From NCBI GenBank assembly GCA_050015075.1, contig JBEKCB010000006.1, positions 15,811-79,810 of the forward strand: DNA of 64,000 nucleotides. The letters run 5' to 3'. Position 1 is the stretch's first letter. Each line of letters begins with the position of its first letter. Shown piece by piece: positions 18,479-31,065 of the stretch. The translations under genes were made by a program, and so were the position numbers. Below the pieces are notes generated by a model. The model worked only from the letters and a program-made list of their open reading frames with translations, was not told the DNA's origin and searched no databases. This DNA is from Candidatus Brocadiia bacterium (GTDB lineage: Bacteria > Planctomycetota > Brocadiia > CAIUPP01).

Positions 18479-18755
18479 ATATGGTCCTTTGAAAAGTGCT
18501 TCTGGAGCTTTTCGGCAAGATGCACCGGATTCTTATTGAAACTGTGACAGCATAAGTGTTATGTCGTTGTATCGAGCCTCTGTTGGGCGTGTCGTTGGAT
18601 TAGATTACAAAGGCGCTCGGCGCGTGCGAGGAGATTCTTAACCTTCGCAGGTATCAGCAAAGTCACAGCCAATCGTCCTCGTCGTCGTCCTCGCTCTCGG
18701 TCGTGAAGGTGAACGGTTCGAGGACGAGGCAGTTCTCGCCTGGGCGTTTATGCCT

Positions 18756-21625
<2,870 letters not shown>

Positions 21626-21629
<4 letters not shown>

Positions 21630-22618
21630 GGGAACGGCTCCTCCTCGACGGGCGCGGCGTTCGCCAGGCGCAGGCGCGCCTCGCGGACATCGGCGGCGAT
21701 GCGCTCGGCCAGCGACTCGGCCGACGGGAAAATCTCCTCGGCGCGGATGCGGTCCACGAACTGGACCTCGACATCCTGCCCGTAAAGGTCGCCGGAGAAA
21801 TCCAGGATGTGCGTTTCCACGATGATCCGTTCCGAGAGATACGCCGGGCCGGTCGGCTGCAGCGTCGGCGCCGGGCCGATGTTCGTTACGGAATCGCGCA
21901 TCGAGCCGCCGATCAGGCAGCGCGTGGCATAGACGCCCTGCGGCGGCCGAACCTCGTGATGCAGGTCCAGGTTGATCGTCGGGAAGCCGATCCGCCGGCC
22001 GCGGCCCAGGCCGGCGATAACCGTGCCGCGGACGCACACGCGGCGGCCCAGCAGGCGCTCGGCCAGGCGCAGGTCGCCGGCGCGGATGGCCTCGCGCAGA
22101 CGCGTGCTGCTGACCGGCGCGCCGTCGAGTTCCACCACCGGGACGGAGCGGGCCTCGAAATGGAATTGCGCCGCCAGACGGCGCATCAGCTCGAAGTCTC
22201 CGCGCCCGTCGCGCCCGAAGCGCGTATCGTGCCCGAGCAGCACGCCTTCCGCCTTCAGCCGGTCCACGAGAAGGTCCTTCACGAATTCCTCCGGTTCGAG
22301 CGCCGCGAGCGGCGGTTCGAACGTCAGCACGACCGTCGTGTCGAGCCCGAGCCGTTCGAAGAGCATCAGTCGGTGGTCCAGCGACAGGATTTGTCCCCAG
22401 GACGCGCCATGCGGCAGGCGGGGCTTGCCCGTCAGGGCCGCGCGCGGCGGGCGGTCGAACGTGACGACGACGGCGTCGCCGCCGGTCTCGCGCGCCCAGG
22501 CGAGCAGGCGCCGCAGCACGCTGAGGTGCCCGCGGTGCACGCCGTCAAAAGTGCCAAGGGTCACCTTGGCCTTCGTGAACGGGCCGATCGCGGATGTGAG
22601 ACCGTGGAACGTTTTCAC
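21626..22618 (-). CDS. ribF: bifunctional riboflavin kinase / FMN adenylyltransferase
   Basis: 330 aa: …[14 protein letters not shown]… (nucleotidyltransferase HxGH) and a C-terminal riboflavin kinase (…GFPTINL…). GTG start. Confidence 0.85.
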
Positions 22619-22718
22619 ATGTCACCGGACGCAAGTGCCTCGCTGCGCCAGATCATATCGGCAGGAGAAGCTACGGCCGCCCTGCGCCGCGCCGTATTCT
22701 TCCCGTTGTTCCTCGGCG

Positions 22719-24494
22719 TCATTGCATCTGCGAGCCGAGGTAATTCATCACTTCCTGCGACGGGTGCGCGTCGCGGCGCACGTCGGCGAGCCAGGTCTGC
22801 CTGACGGTGTCGCGCTTGCGGGACAGGAGATCCTCGGTGATGCCCGCGATGTTCTTTTCGAAATCTGCGCGGTCGGCGGGCTTCACGGCGACCCGCTTCA
22901 GGAGGAAGACGGCGCGCGCGCCGGCCGGCTCCAGCGCCTTGCCCACTTCGTTGTCCTTGAGCGCGAACGCCGCATCGGCGAAATGGCTATAGTCGTAGTC
23001 CCCGGGCAGACCGATCCTCATCGCGAACCGGTATCCCATGTATTCCTTGGGACGGGTGAAGAAATCGCTCTTCCCGCGCTCCACGCAGTCCTTGAGGTCC
23101 TTCTGGATTTCCTCCTGCGTGAAGGAAAGCGCCTTCAGCCGCTCGGCGACCGCGGCCTCGATTTTCGCCGCGGCGGCGTCGAGGCTCGACGGGTTATCCT
23201 TCAACGCCTGCTCGGCCATTTCCTGCGCCAGATCGTATCCCTTCGCCGCGCGATAGTCCTTCTCGACCTGCTTGCGAATGGCGTCGAACGGCGCGGGACG
23301 CGGGTCCTGAATCTTCAGGATCTGAAAGATGAACTTGCCGTCGCGCGCCTCGAGCGTCACGCTGGGCCGGCGGATGTTCGAGGCCGACTGGCCGAAGGCC
23401 TTGGACCTGAGATCGGTCGCTCCCGGGAGTATCATGTCCGCCTTGTCGGCGGGGAACAGCGGGCTGACCTGGTGGACCAGGTTGAACTTCTTCGCGATTG
23501 CCGCGAAATCGGCGGCGCGGACTTCTTCCGATCCGAAAGGCACCTCGGTCTGGGTGGCGATCTCGTCGTTGACGTCCTTCATGTCCTCGTCCACGACGCG
23601 CATGGCCTCTTCCTTGCGCAGCTCGGCCTCGATCTGCGGGGCCACCTCGGCCAGCGGCTTGAACTTGGGCGGCTCGTCCGGCTTGGCCTCTTGCGGGGGC
23701 ACGCGGACGCGGTACTGGTCCTTGTGCGCGTTGTAATAGGCGTTCACCTGCTGCTGCGTGATGACGACGCTGTCGAGATATCGCGCGGTGGGACACAGGA
23801 GGTACTCGATGCTGACCTGCTCCGGTTCCAGGTAGCCGACGTCGTTCGGGTCGCGCTCCGGCGGGGTGTTCTTGTGTTCATCGTAGAATTCCTGCACCGA
23901 CTTGTCATCCGCGGCGACCAGCGGCGCGAACGCGTCGGCGCGGAGGGCGATGTATTCCGCCATGACGCGCTCGTTGTCGCGGGCGTACCAGAGCCAGGCT
24001 TCGTTTTCGGGGAGCGTCACCGACATCAGCACCGTGCGCGCCAGGGTGACGGCGGTCAGATAGGTCTTCAGCGAGTTTTCGAACGACTGCTCAGACAGGC
24101 GGGCCCGCTCGAGGAACACCGCGTACTCCTTCGCGTCGTAGCCCAAGCCGCTCTGAGAGGGGAAGCGCATCTTGAGGAGTTCGGCGATCTCATCGTCGCC
24201 GGCGTTGATGCCGTATCGTTTCGCCTCTTCCGCGAGGATGAGCATCTGCCAGGCCTGCGCCCGGGCCGCCTCGACGTCCGTCCGGCGCTGGCTCAGCGAA
24301 CTGAGCGTCATGGCCAGCGCGTCCACCTGCTGCGCCGGCACCGCCTTGCCGAAGATTTTCCCTTGCGGCCCGGGGGTCTTGGCGAACAGGTAGTTCCACG
24401 GCACGAGCCAGGTCACCATGATGACCACGCAGATGACGACGAGCAAAACACCGGCCTTCTCTCGCATCCACTTGTTCATATCGGCCATGTGCAT
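22719..24494 (-). CDS. periplasmic chaperone / peptidyl-prolyl isomerase, PpiD/SurA-like, N-terminally membrane-anchored
   Basis: 591 aa. N-terminal TM helix (VLLVVICVVIMVTWLV). Long SurA_N-like chaperone region. Late PPIase-like segment (…FFTRPKEYMGYRFAMRIGLPGDYDYSHF…). Confidence 0.5.
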   Translation of the reverse strand: MHMADMNKWMREKAGVLLVVICVVIMVTWLVPWNYLFAKTPGPQGKIFGKAVPAQQVDALAMTLSSLSQRRTDVEAARAQAWQMLILAEEAKRYGINAGDDEIAELLKMRFPSQSGLGYDAKEYAVFLERARLSEQSFENSLKTYLTAVTLARTVLMSVTLPENEAWLWYARDNERVMAEYIALRADAFAPLVAADDKSVQEFYDEHKNTPPERDPNDVGYLEPEQVSIEYLLCPTARYLDSVVITQQQVNAYYNAHKDQYRVRVPPQEAKPDEPPKFKPLAEVAPQIEAELRKEEAMRVVDEDMKDVNDEIATQTEVPFGSEEVRAADFAAIAKKFNLVHQVSPLFPADKADMILPGATDLRSKAFGQSASNIRRPSVTLEARDGKFIFQILKIQDPRPAPFDAIRKQVEKDYRAAKGYDLAQEMAEQALKDNPSSLDAAAAKIEAAVAERLKALSFTQEEIQKDLKDCVERGKSDFFTRPKEYMGYRFAMRIGLPGDYDYSHFADAAFALKDNEVGKALEPAGARAVFLLKRVAVKPADRADFEKNIAGITEDLLSRKRDTVRQTWLADVRRDAHPSQEVMNYLGSQMQ

Positions 24495-24608
24495 AGAGCG
24501 CGCTCCTCAGATAATCAGGTCATCGCAAGGCGCATACTCGAAACGCTGCATTATAATCCGATCCGCCCGCGGCTTCAAGGCATCCCTGACTGAGCGGGAA
24601 CGCAGACC

Positions 24609-24637
24609 TTGACACGCTCGCCGGGCGGTGCGATAAT
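24609..24637 (+). promoter_or_regulatory. sigma70-like promoter (-35 TTGACA, 17-nt spacer, -10 GATAAT) driving the riboswitch leader
   Basis: ttgacacgctcgccgggcggtgcgataat sits just upstream of the riboswitch aptamer. Confidence 0.4.
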
Positions 24638-24654
24638 CCGACGAGTTGTTGCAA

Positions 24655-24845
24655 CGCTCACAGGCGCCCGCGAGGGCGTGAAGGGAAGACGGTGAAATTC
24701 CGTCGCGGTCCCGCCGCTGTGATCGGGGACGAAAGCCGCATCGCGCGCAGGAAACTGCGCGCGCTTGGCCACTGTTCGGGGCGATCCCCGGACGGGAAGG
24801 CGCGGCAAGTAGGATGATCCGAGAGCCAGAAGACCTGCCTGTGCG
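24655..24845 (+). promoter_or_regulatory. cobalamin (AdoCbl) riboswitch
   Basis: AAGGGAAGACGGUGAAAUUCCGUCGCGGUCCCGCCGCUGUGAUCGGGGACGAAAGCC…GCCACUGUUCGGGGCGAUCCCCGGACGGGAAGGCG…GAGCCAGAAGACCUGCC matches the Cbl-riboswitch core (GGUGAAAUUCC, the B12 box GCCACUG, GGGAAGGC). It is 5' of a cob/btu operon. A candidate expression-platform hairpin GCCCGCUCGCAGAGCGGGAC lies at ~24868. Confidence 0.8.
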
Positions 24846-25074
24846 CGCTTCGCTTCATGTCGCATGGCCCGCTCGCAGAGCGGGACATGCTAAGGCTCCG
24901 AGGCTGGGCTGATGAAGATGCGGCTGGGCGGCCACACCGATTGCTCCCCTGCGCCTTCGAGGCAAGGGGCATATTGTTGTTCCAACCCGCGCGCTCCATC
25001 CCTCGACCTCCGCCTCATGAAGTAACCCCGTCCGCGGCCTCCGGAAGAGAGTCCGCCATGGAAAGGAGAGGGAC

Positions 25075-26175
25075 GTGAGCAGTCAGCGTTATCCTGGTCG
25101 CACGGTGAGGTCGCGCAGGTCGGCGCCGGCGTTTGGGGTGGGCGCGTTCACGCTGATCGAGATGCTGGCCGTCATCGCCATCATCGGTATCCTGGCCGGG
25201 CTGCTTCTGCCCGCGATCACCGCCGCGCGCGAGCGCGGTCGCGAGGCCGCGTGCAGCAGCAACCTGCGCCAGCTCTTCATGGCCACGGAGATGTACTGCA
25301 ACCATTTCGATGAGTACTACTTCCCCGCCGCCCGCGACGTGAACACGACCAACCTCGAACGCTGGCACGGCATCCGCCAGCAGACCGGCACCGATCCGGT
25401 GACAAGTGCGCCGATATACACCCCGTTCGACCCGAGCCTGGGCAAGCTCGCTCCGTACCTCTACATCAACACCGTCGTCAACACCACCGGCACCGCGGGT
25501 AACACCGGCACCGTCGAGGCGCAGATCAAGCAGTGCCCCACTTTCGCCGGCAAGTGGATCGGCGCGGGCGCTTATGAGATCGGCTGCGGCGGCTACGGCA
25601 TGAGCCACCTGTACGTCGGCAGCCATGAATACAAGACGCCGGTCTACTATACGAGCGACGTGGTGAGCGCGCCGAGTACTTTCGACGACCTGACCGCCGT
25701 CGAATGCGGCTCCAACCGGCATGAAGTGCGCGTGCCGGAGCAGACGCTCCTCTTCGCCGATGCGGCCGCGCCGGACGCCAATTTCTCCGGCAAGGTCATC
25801 GAGTACTCCTTCGCGGAGCCGAACTACTTTACCAATTCCGGGCGGTGGGACCCGACGCTGCCGCCCTGGGGCGACTTCCATCCCGATCCGAACTATCCGC
25901 CCGACACCGTGGACCTCTCGCACTCGGACAATCCGTCGCTCCATTTCCGGCACACCGGCAATGCCAACGTCCTCTGGTGCGACGGGCACGTCAGCAGCGA
26001 GGGGCCGCTGTTCTCGCGGACGCTGACCGCGACGATCTTCTCAACCGGCTTGCAGACGTCCGTGGACTACTCGACGTACGGGCTCGGATGGTTCGGCGCC
26101 GACGACAACTCGGCCTTCCGGCTCGAGAAGAATACCGCGCAGTGCGTGCAGATCCCTGTTCCACCGGCGGAATAA
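25075..26175 (+). CDS. DUF1559 protein with prepilin-type N-terminal cleavage/methylation domain and H-X9-DG motif (pseudopilin-like)
   Basis: RBS AGGAGAGGG then [29 protein letters not shown] (class III signal/prepilin motif). C-terminal [13 protein letters not shown] (H-X9-DG). It is the first gene after the riboswitch. Confidence 0.7.
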   Translation: MSSQRYPGRTVRSRRSAPAFGVGAFTLIEMLAVIAIIGILAGLLLPAITAARERGREAACSSNLRQLFMATEMYCNHFDEYYFPAARDVNTTNLERWHGIRQQTGTDPVTSAPIYTPFDPSLGKLAPYLYINTVVNTTGTAGNTGTVEAQIKQCPTFAGKWIGAGAYEIGCGGYGMSHLYVGSHEYKTPVYYTSDVVSAPSTFDDLTAVECGSNRHEVRVPEQTLLFADAAAPDANFSGKVIEYSFAEPNYFTNSGRWDPTLPPWGDFHPDPNYPPDTVDLSHSDNPSLHFRHTGNANVLWCDGHVSSEGPLFSRTLTATIFSTGLQTSVDYSTYGLGWFGADDNSAFRLEKNTAQCVQIPVPPAE

Positions 26176-26790
26176 ATGGCTGAATATCTCTACCTGGTCA
26201 GGCACGGCTCCACCGGGCCGGCGCGCGACGGCCGATATCTCGGCCGCACCGATCTTCCGTTGGACGCCGCCGGCCGGTCCCAGGTCGAGGCGCTGGCGCA
26301 GTCGCTCCGCGTGAAACGCAAGTGCGGGCGATGCGTGTGCAGCCCGCTCCAACGCGCCGCACAGACGGCCGAGATTTTGCAGTCCGCGACCGGTTGCGTG
26401 CCCGAAACCGACCCAGACCTGCGCGAGATTGACTTCGGCCGATGGGAGGGTAAGATGTTCAACGAAATCCGCGATTCCAGCCCCGAGGAAGTCGCCCAAT
26501 GGGCGCGGTTCGCGGTGGATTTCGCGTTTCCGGGCGGCGAAAGCCTGCGCGACTTTCTCGACCGGGTCCGGCGCGCGGCGGACCGGCTCGCCGCCGACGA
26601 CGCGGACACCGTTCTCGCGGTCACGCATGCCGGCGTCATCAAGATCATGCTCTGCCACCTGCTCGGACTCGAGGCGCGCCGGTACGTCGCGTTCGAGATC
26701 GCGACCGCTTCACTGACGGTCGTGCGCCTGTTCGAAGGGAAAGGCGTCCTGTCGGAAATGATCCGCGTCGAGCGGCCGGAGCCGAAATGA
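26176..26790 (+). CDS. cobC: alpha-ribazole phosphatase (histidine phosphatase family)
   Basis: MAEYLYLVRHGSTG… (RHG motif). Sits between the pilin-like gene and cobU. Confidence 0.7.
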   Translation: MAEYLYLVRHGSTGPARDGRYLGRTDLPLDAAGRSQVEALAQSLRVKRKCGRCVCSPLQRAAQTAEILQSATGCVPETDPDLREIDFGRWEGKMFNEIRDSSPEEVAQWARFAVDFAFPGGESLRDFLDRVRRAADRLAADDADTVLAVTHAGVIKIMLCHLLGLEARRYVAFEIATASLTVVRLFEGKGVLSEMIRVERPEPK

Positions 26791-26791
26791 C

Positions 26792-27337
26792 ATGGCGCAC
26801 ATTATCCTGGTGACCGGCGGCAGCCGCAGCGGCAAGAGCGCGCACGCGCTGGACATCGCGCAGCGCCTCGACGGGCCGCGCGCCTTCGTCGCCACCTGCC
26901 CGGCGCTTGACGACGAAATGCTGGCCCGCATTCAGATGCACCGGAACTCCCGCCGGCAGGCCGGCTGGCGGACGATTGAAGAAACCGACGACCTCGCCTC
27001 CGCGCTCGCGCGGGCCGCGGATTGCCGCGTGGTGCTGGTGGATTGCCTGACGCTGTGGGTCAACAACCTGCTCTATAACGCGGAGCAGGCCGGCCGCGCG
27101 CTGGAGGAGAGCGACATTCAGAAGCACTGCGAGGCGGTGCTTCGCGCCTGCGCTCCGCTCGCGGGAACGGTCCTTTTCGTGACGAACGAAGTCGGCTGGG
27201 GAATCATCCCCGAGAACGCCTCGGCGCGCCGGTTCCGCGATCTCAGCGGCCGTTGCAATACCGTCATGGCCGCCGGCTCGGACGAAGTCATCCTGGTCGT
27301 GTGCGGACTTCCCATCCATTTGAAGAAAGGAGACTGA
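26792..27337 (+). CDS. cobU: adenosylcobinamide kinase / adenosylcobinamide-phosphate guanylyltransferase
   Basis: ILVTGGSRSGKSAHA… P-loop. ~180 aa, the typical CobU/CobP size. Confidence 0.8.
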   Translation: MAHIILVTGGSRSGKSAHALDIAQRLDGPRAFVATCPALDDEMLARIQMHRNSRRQAGWRTIEETDDLASALARAADCRVVLVDCLTLWVNNLLYNAEQAGRALEESDIQKHCEAVLRACAPLAGTVLFVTNEVGWGIIPENASARRFRDLSGRCNTVMAAGSDEVILVVCGLPIHLKKGD

Positions 27338-27338
27338 C

Positions 27339-28406
27339 GTGGCGAACGTCCTGGAAGAAAGGCTCAACGGCATTCGCGAGCAGGATGCCGAGTGGCGCGC
27401 GAAGGCCCATGCGCGGCTGGAGCAGCTCACGATGCCGCACTGGGCGCTCGGCCGCCTGATGGACCTCGCCGAGGACCTGGCCGGCATGACGCGCTCCATG
27501 AACCCGCCCGTCGCCCGGAAGACCATCGTCACGATGGCCGGCGACCACGGCGTCGTGGCCGAAGGCGTCAGCAAGTACCCGCAGGTCGTCACGCTGGAGA
27601 TGGTGCACAACTTCGTCACCGGCGGCGCCGGGATCAACGCCCTCGCGCGCGTCGTCGGGGCGCGCGTGGTCGTGGTGGACATGGGCACGGCGGGCGATCT
27701 GGCGGAACTGGCGAAGAGCGGGAAGATCCTGTCGCGGCGCATCGGATCGGGCACGCAGAACATCGCGCGCGGCCCGGCGATGAGCCGCGCCGACGCCATC
27801 CGCTGCATCGAAAACGGCATGGAACTCGCGCTCCAACTCGGCGACTCCACCGACGTCTTCGGCTCCGGCGACATGGGCATCGGCAACACGACGCCCAGCG
27901 CCGCCATCGCGGCGGCCATCACCGGCTGCACGCCGCTGGCGGCCACCGGGCGCGGGACCGGGATTGATTCGGAGCAGCTCCGGCACAAGGTCAGCGTCGT
28001 CGAGCGCGCGCTGGAGGTGAACAAGCCTGACCCGACCGACGGGCTCGACGTGCTCGCGAAAGTCGGCGGCTTTGAGATCGGCGGCATCACCGGGCTGATC
28101 CTCGGCGCGGCTCATCTGCGCAAGCCGGTGATTGTGGACGGCTTCATCTCGACCGCCGGCGCGCTGATCGCGCAGACGCTTTCACCGGAGGCGGCCGACT
28201 ACATGATCGCCGCCCATCGCAGCGAGGAGTCCGGGCACGCGATCATGCTCCAGCATTTGAAGAAGAAGCCCCTGCTCGATCTCGGCCTGCGGCTCGGCGA
28301 GGGGACCGGCGGCGCGCTCGCCATGAACCTGGTGGAGGCGGCCGCGGCGATCCTGACCCGCGTCAGCACGTTCGACGAGGCCTCGGTCTCCAAGGCGAAC
28401 GCATGA
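27339..28406 (+). CDS. cobT: nicotinate-nucleotide--dimethylbenzimidazole phosphoribosyltransferase
   Basis: 355 aa: …IVTMAGDHGVVAEGVS…DMGIGNTTPSAAI… matches the CobT signature. Confidence 0.85.
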   Translation: MANVLEERLNGIREQDAEWRAKAHARLEQLTMPHWALGRLMDLAEDLAGMTRSMNPPVARKTIVTMAGDHGVVAEGVSKYPQVVTLEMVHNFVTGGAGINALARVVGARVVVVDMGTAGDLAELAKSGKILSRRIGSGTQNIARGPAMSRADAIRCIENGMELALQLGDSTDVFGSGDMGIGNTTPSAAIAAAITGCTPLAATGRGTGIDSEQLRHKVSVVERALEVNKPDPTDGLDVLAKVGGFEIGGITGLILGAAHLRKPVIVDGFISTAGALIAQTLSPEAADYMIAAHRSEESGHAIMLQHLKKKPLLDLGLRLGEGTGGALAMNLVEAAAAILTRVSTFDEASVSKANA

Positions 28407-29161
28407 GACGCTTCATCGCGGCGATGAGATTCCTGACGGTGATCCCGTTCCCCGGAACCTGGGGCGCGGATGAAGCCTCGCTCGCCGGCAGCACGGTTTT
28501 CTTTCCCGCGGTCGGCCTGCTGATCGGGCTCGGCGCGGCGGGAATCGCCGCTTGCGCCGTCCGCTGGTTGCCGGCCGGTCCGGCGGCGGCGCTCGTCATC
28601 GTGGCGCTGCTGGCCGTCTCCGGCGGGCTTCACATGGACGGCCTTTCGGACACGGCCGACGGACTGCTGAGCGCGCGGCCGCGCGAGCGCGCGCTGGAGA
28701 TCATGCGCGACAGTCACGTCGGCGCGATGGGCGTCATCGCCATCGTCTGCGCGCTGCTGCTGAAGTTCGCGGCCGTGGCGTCCCTGCCGGCGGCGGAGCT
28801 TTGGCGCACCGCCCTGCTCATGCCGGTCGCGGGCCGGGCCGCCCTCGTCGTCACGATCGCGCTGCTGCCCTATGCCCGGCCGGGAGGCGGCCTGGCCGCG
28901 CCGTTCTATCGCAACCGTTCGATGCTCGCCGCGCTGGCGGCTGAAGTCATCCTGCTCGTGACGGCGTGGCTCGTCCTCGACCTGGCCGGACTCATCGCCG
29001 CGTGCGCCTCGCTGGCGGCGGTCCTGATCTTTGCGGTCTATACCTATCGCCGGATCGGCGGCGCGACGGGGGACACGCTCGGCGCGGCGTGCGAGATCGC
29101 CGAGCTGGTCCCGGCCATGGCCATGGCGGCCTGGTATTTTCAGGCGGGAGGCCATCCGTGA
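28403..29161 (+). CDS. cobS: adenosylcobinamide-GDP ribazoletransferase (cobalamin synthase)
   Basis: Polytopic membrane protein: MRFLTVIPFPG…GLHMDGLSDTADGL… is the CobS motif. Confidence 0.8.
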   Translation: MRRFIAAMRFLTVIPFPGTWGADEASLAGSTVFFPAVGLLIGLGAAGIAACAVRWLPAGPAAALVIVALLAVSGGLHMDGLSDTADGLLSARPRERALEIMRDSHVGAMGVIAIVCALLLKFAAVASLPAAELWRTALLMPVAGRAALVVTIALLPYARPGGGLAAPFYRNRSMLAALAAEVILLVTAWLVLDLAGLIAACASLAAVLIFAVYTYRRIGGATGDTLGAACEIAELVPAMAMAAWYFQAGGHP

Positions 29162-30084
29162 ACCGCGCGCGATATTGGATTGCGGCCGCTGCCGTTGTCG
29201 GCGCGCCGGCGGTCCTGTTTCTTTGCCTGAGCGCACGCGCTGCGCCGGCCGCTGGAGAGCCGGCCCGCAAGCCCCCTCAGCGAATCGTCTCGCTCGCGCC
29301 CAGCGTCACGGAGATGCTCTTTGCGCTCGGCCTGGGAGATCGCATCGTCGGCGCGACCGACCATTGCGACTTTCCGCCGGAGGCCAAAAAAATCCCGCGC
29401 GTCGGCGGACTCGGCCGGCCGAATGTCGAGAAGCTGCTTTCGCTCTCCCCGGATATCGTCATCGCGACTGATCTCGAGCGCAAGGACCTCGCCGAGGCGC
29501 TGCGGCGCGCCGGAATCAACGTGCTGGAGTTGAAGATCGGCAATTTCGCCGAACTCTTCGAGGCCGAGCGGAAGATCGGCGATGCCGTCGGCGAGCCGGA
29601 GGCCGCGGCCCGGCAAGTCCGTGAAATGCGGGCTCAGCTCGACGCGGCGGCGAAGCTCTCCGCGGGCGTCCCGCGCGACCGGCTGCCCAAGGTCTTCATC
29701 GAGGTCTGGTCCGATCCGCTCATCACCGCCGGAGGAAGGTCCTTTCTCGACGACGTCATCGCGCGCGCCGGCGGAGTGAATGTCGCGCACGATCTCGTGC
29801 AGGATTATCCGACGATCAACCCCGAAAAAGTCGTCCAGTGGAACCCGGACGTGATCCTGCTCTGCTACATGACTGAAGCGAAGGACGCCGCGGCGCAGAT
29901 CGCCGGCCGGATCGGCTGGGGCGGCATCAAGGCCGTGCGCGAAGGGCGGATCATCGCCGACATCTCGCCGGACGCGCTGCTGCGGCCGGGGCCGCGCCTC
30001 GTCGCCGGAGTGCTGCAGCTCGCCGAGCGGCTGCATCCGCCTCATGCCGCACAGCCCGCGCCGCGAAACCCGCCGGAGAAATGA
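29158..30084 (+). CDS. btuF: periplasmic cobalamin/siderophore-type ABC substrate-binding protein (BtuF-like)
   Basis: GTG start overlaps the cobS stop. Signal peptide. …RIVSLAPSVTEMLFALGLGDRIVGATDHC… (TroA/BtuF-like fold). The ORF-track start at 28966 is an upstream extension inside cobS. Confidence 0.7.
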   Translation: MNRARYWIAAAAVVGAPAVLFLCLSARAAPAAGEPARKPPQRIVSLAPSVTEMLFALGLGDRIVGATDHCDFPPEAKKIPRVGGLGRPNVEKLLSLSPDIVIATDLERKDLAEALRRAGINVLELKIGNFAELFEAERKIGDAVGEPEAAARQVREMRAQLDAAAKLSAGVPRDRLPKVFIEVWSDPLITAGGRSFLDDVIARAGGVNVAHDLVQDYPTINPEKVVQWNPDVILLCYMTEAKDAAAQIAGRIGWGGIKAVREGRIIADISPDALLRPGPRLVAGVLQLAERLHPPHAAQPAPRNPPEK

Positions 30085-30091
30085 ACTCGCC

Positions 30092-31063
30092 ATGAATGCG
30101 CGACGCGGTTGGGGCATGTTCGTCATCCTGCTCGCCCTCCTGGCCGGAGCGTGCGCCTTGTCGCTCCTGGCCGGCCCGTCGTGGGTTCCGCTTTCGGAGA
30201 TGCCTGAGTCAAACATCGTCCGGATGCGGGTCGCGCGCATCCTGCTGGGCATCATCGCCGGCGCGGGGCTTTCGGTCTCCGGCGTGATCTTCCAGGCGCT
30301 GCTGCGCAATCCGCTGGCGGAGCCTTACGTGCTGGGCGTCTCGTCCGGGGCCGGGCTCGGTGCGGCGGTGGCGATCGTGCTGGGTCTTAGCGGCACCGGC
30401 GTCTGGGGCGTGCCTGCCCTGGCCTTCATCGGCGCCCTGTTCACGATCCTGCTGGTTTACGGCCTCGCACGCACGTCCTCGGGCGCGGTCCCGGTGCCGA
30501 CGCTCCTGCTCTCGGGCGTCATCGTCGGCGCGGTCTTGAGCAGCATCCTGATGTTCATCGTGTCCACCTCCGAAGGCGAGAAACTGCACAACGTCATGTG
30601 GTGGCTCCTCGGAAGCCTGCAGGCGCTGGACTGGCGGCCGCTGGAGATTTCGGCCCCGCCGGTCGCGGCCGGGCTGCTGCTGGCGGTGCTCCTTTCGCGC
30701 GACCTGAACCTGATGACGCTCGGCGAGGAGCCCGCCGCGCACCTGGGACTGAACGTGGAGCAGACGAAGAAGCTGTTCTTCCTGGTGGCATCGCTCATGA
30801 CCGGCGCCACGGTGGCGGCGTGCGGGCTGATCGGCTTCGTCGGGCTGATCGTGCCGCATATCGCGCGGCTGATCATGGGGCCGGACCACCGGCGGCTGGT
30901 GCCGGCCGCGGCGCTGGCCGGGGCGACGTTTCTCGTCCTCGCCGACAGCTTCGCGCGCAGCGTGCTGCCGGTGGAAATCCCCATCGGCGTAGTCACTGCG
31001 TTCCTGGGCGGACCTTTCTTCCTGTTCATCCTGCGGCGCAGGACGTCGCCCTATTGGAGGTAG
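30092..31063 (+). CDS. btuC: FecCD-family ABC permease (BtuC-like)
   Basis: The ATG 8 nt after the btuF stop has a GGAGAAA RBS. About 9 TM segments. …LGVSSGAGLGAAVAIV…LLSGVIVGAVLSSI… matches the FecCD signature. Confidence 0.75.
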   Translation: MNARRGWGMFVILLALLAGACALSLLAGPSWVPLSEMPESNIVRMRVARILLGIIAGAGLSVSGVIFQALLRNPLAEPYVLGVSSGAGLGAAVAIVLGLSGTGVWGVPALAFIGALFTILLVYGLARTSSGAVPVPTLLLSGVIVGAVLSSILMFIVSTSEGEKLHNVMWWLLGSLQALDWRPLEISAPPVAAGLLLAVLLSRDLNLMTLGEEPAAHLGLNVEQTKKLFFLVASLMTGATVAACGLIGFVGLIVPHIARLIMGPDHRRLVPAAALAGATFLVLADSFARSVLPVEIPIGVVTAFLGGPFFLFILRRRTSPYWR

Positions 31064-31065
31064 CC

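Noticed and set aside
21630-22037. N-terminal 136-aa extension of UvrA given by the ORF track
   Set aside because: The extension is Arg/Pro-rich low-complexity, it overlaps the ribF coding region, and the conserved UvrA N-terminus begins right after a GTG that overlaps the ribF stop (GTGA).
24868-24888. Intrinsic terminator as the riboswitch expression platform
   Set aside because: The hairpin GCCCGCUC-GCAGA-GCGGGAC is present but is not followed by a U-tract. Regulation is more likely translational or Rho-dependent, so it is not listed as a terminator feature.
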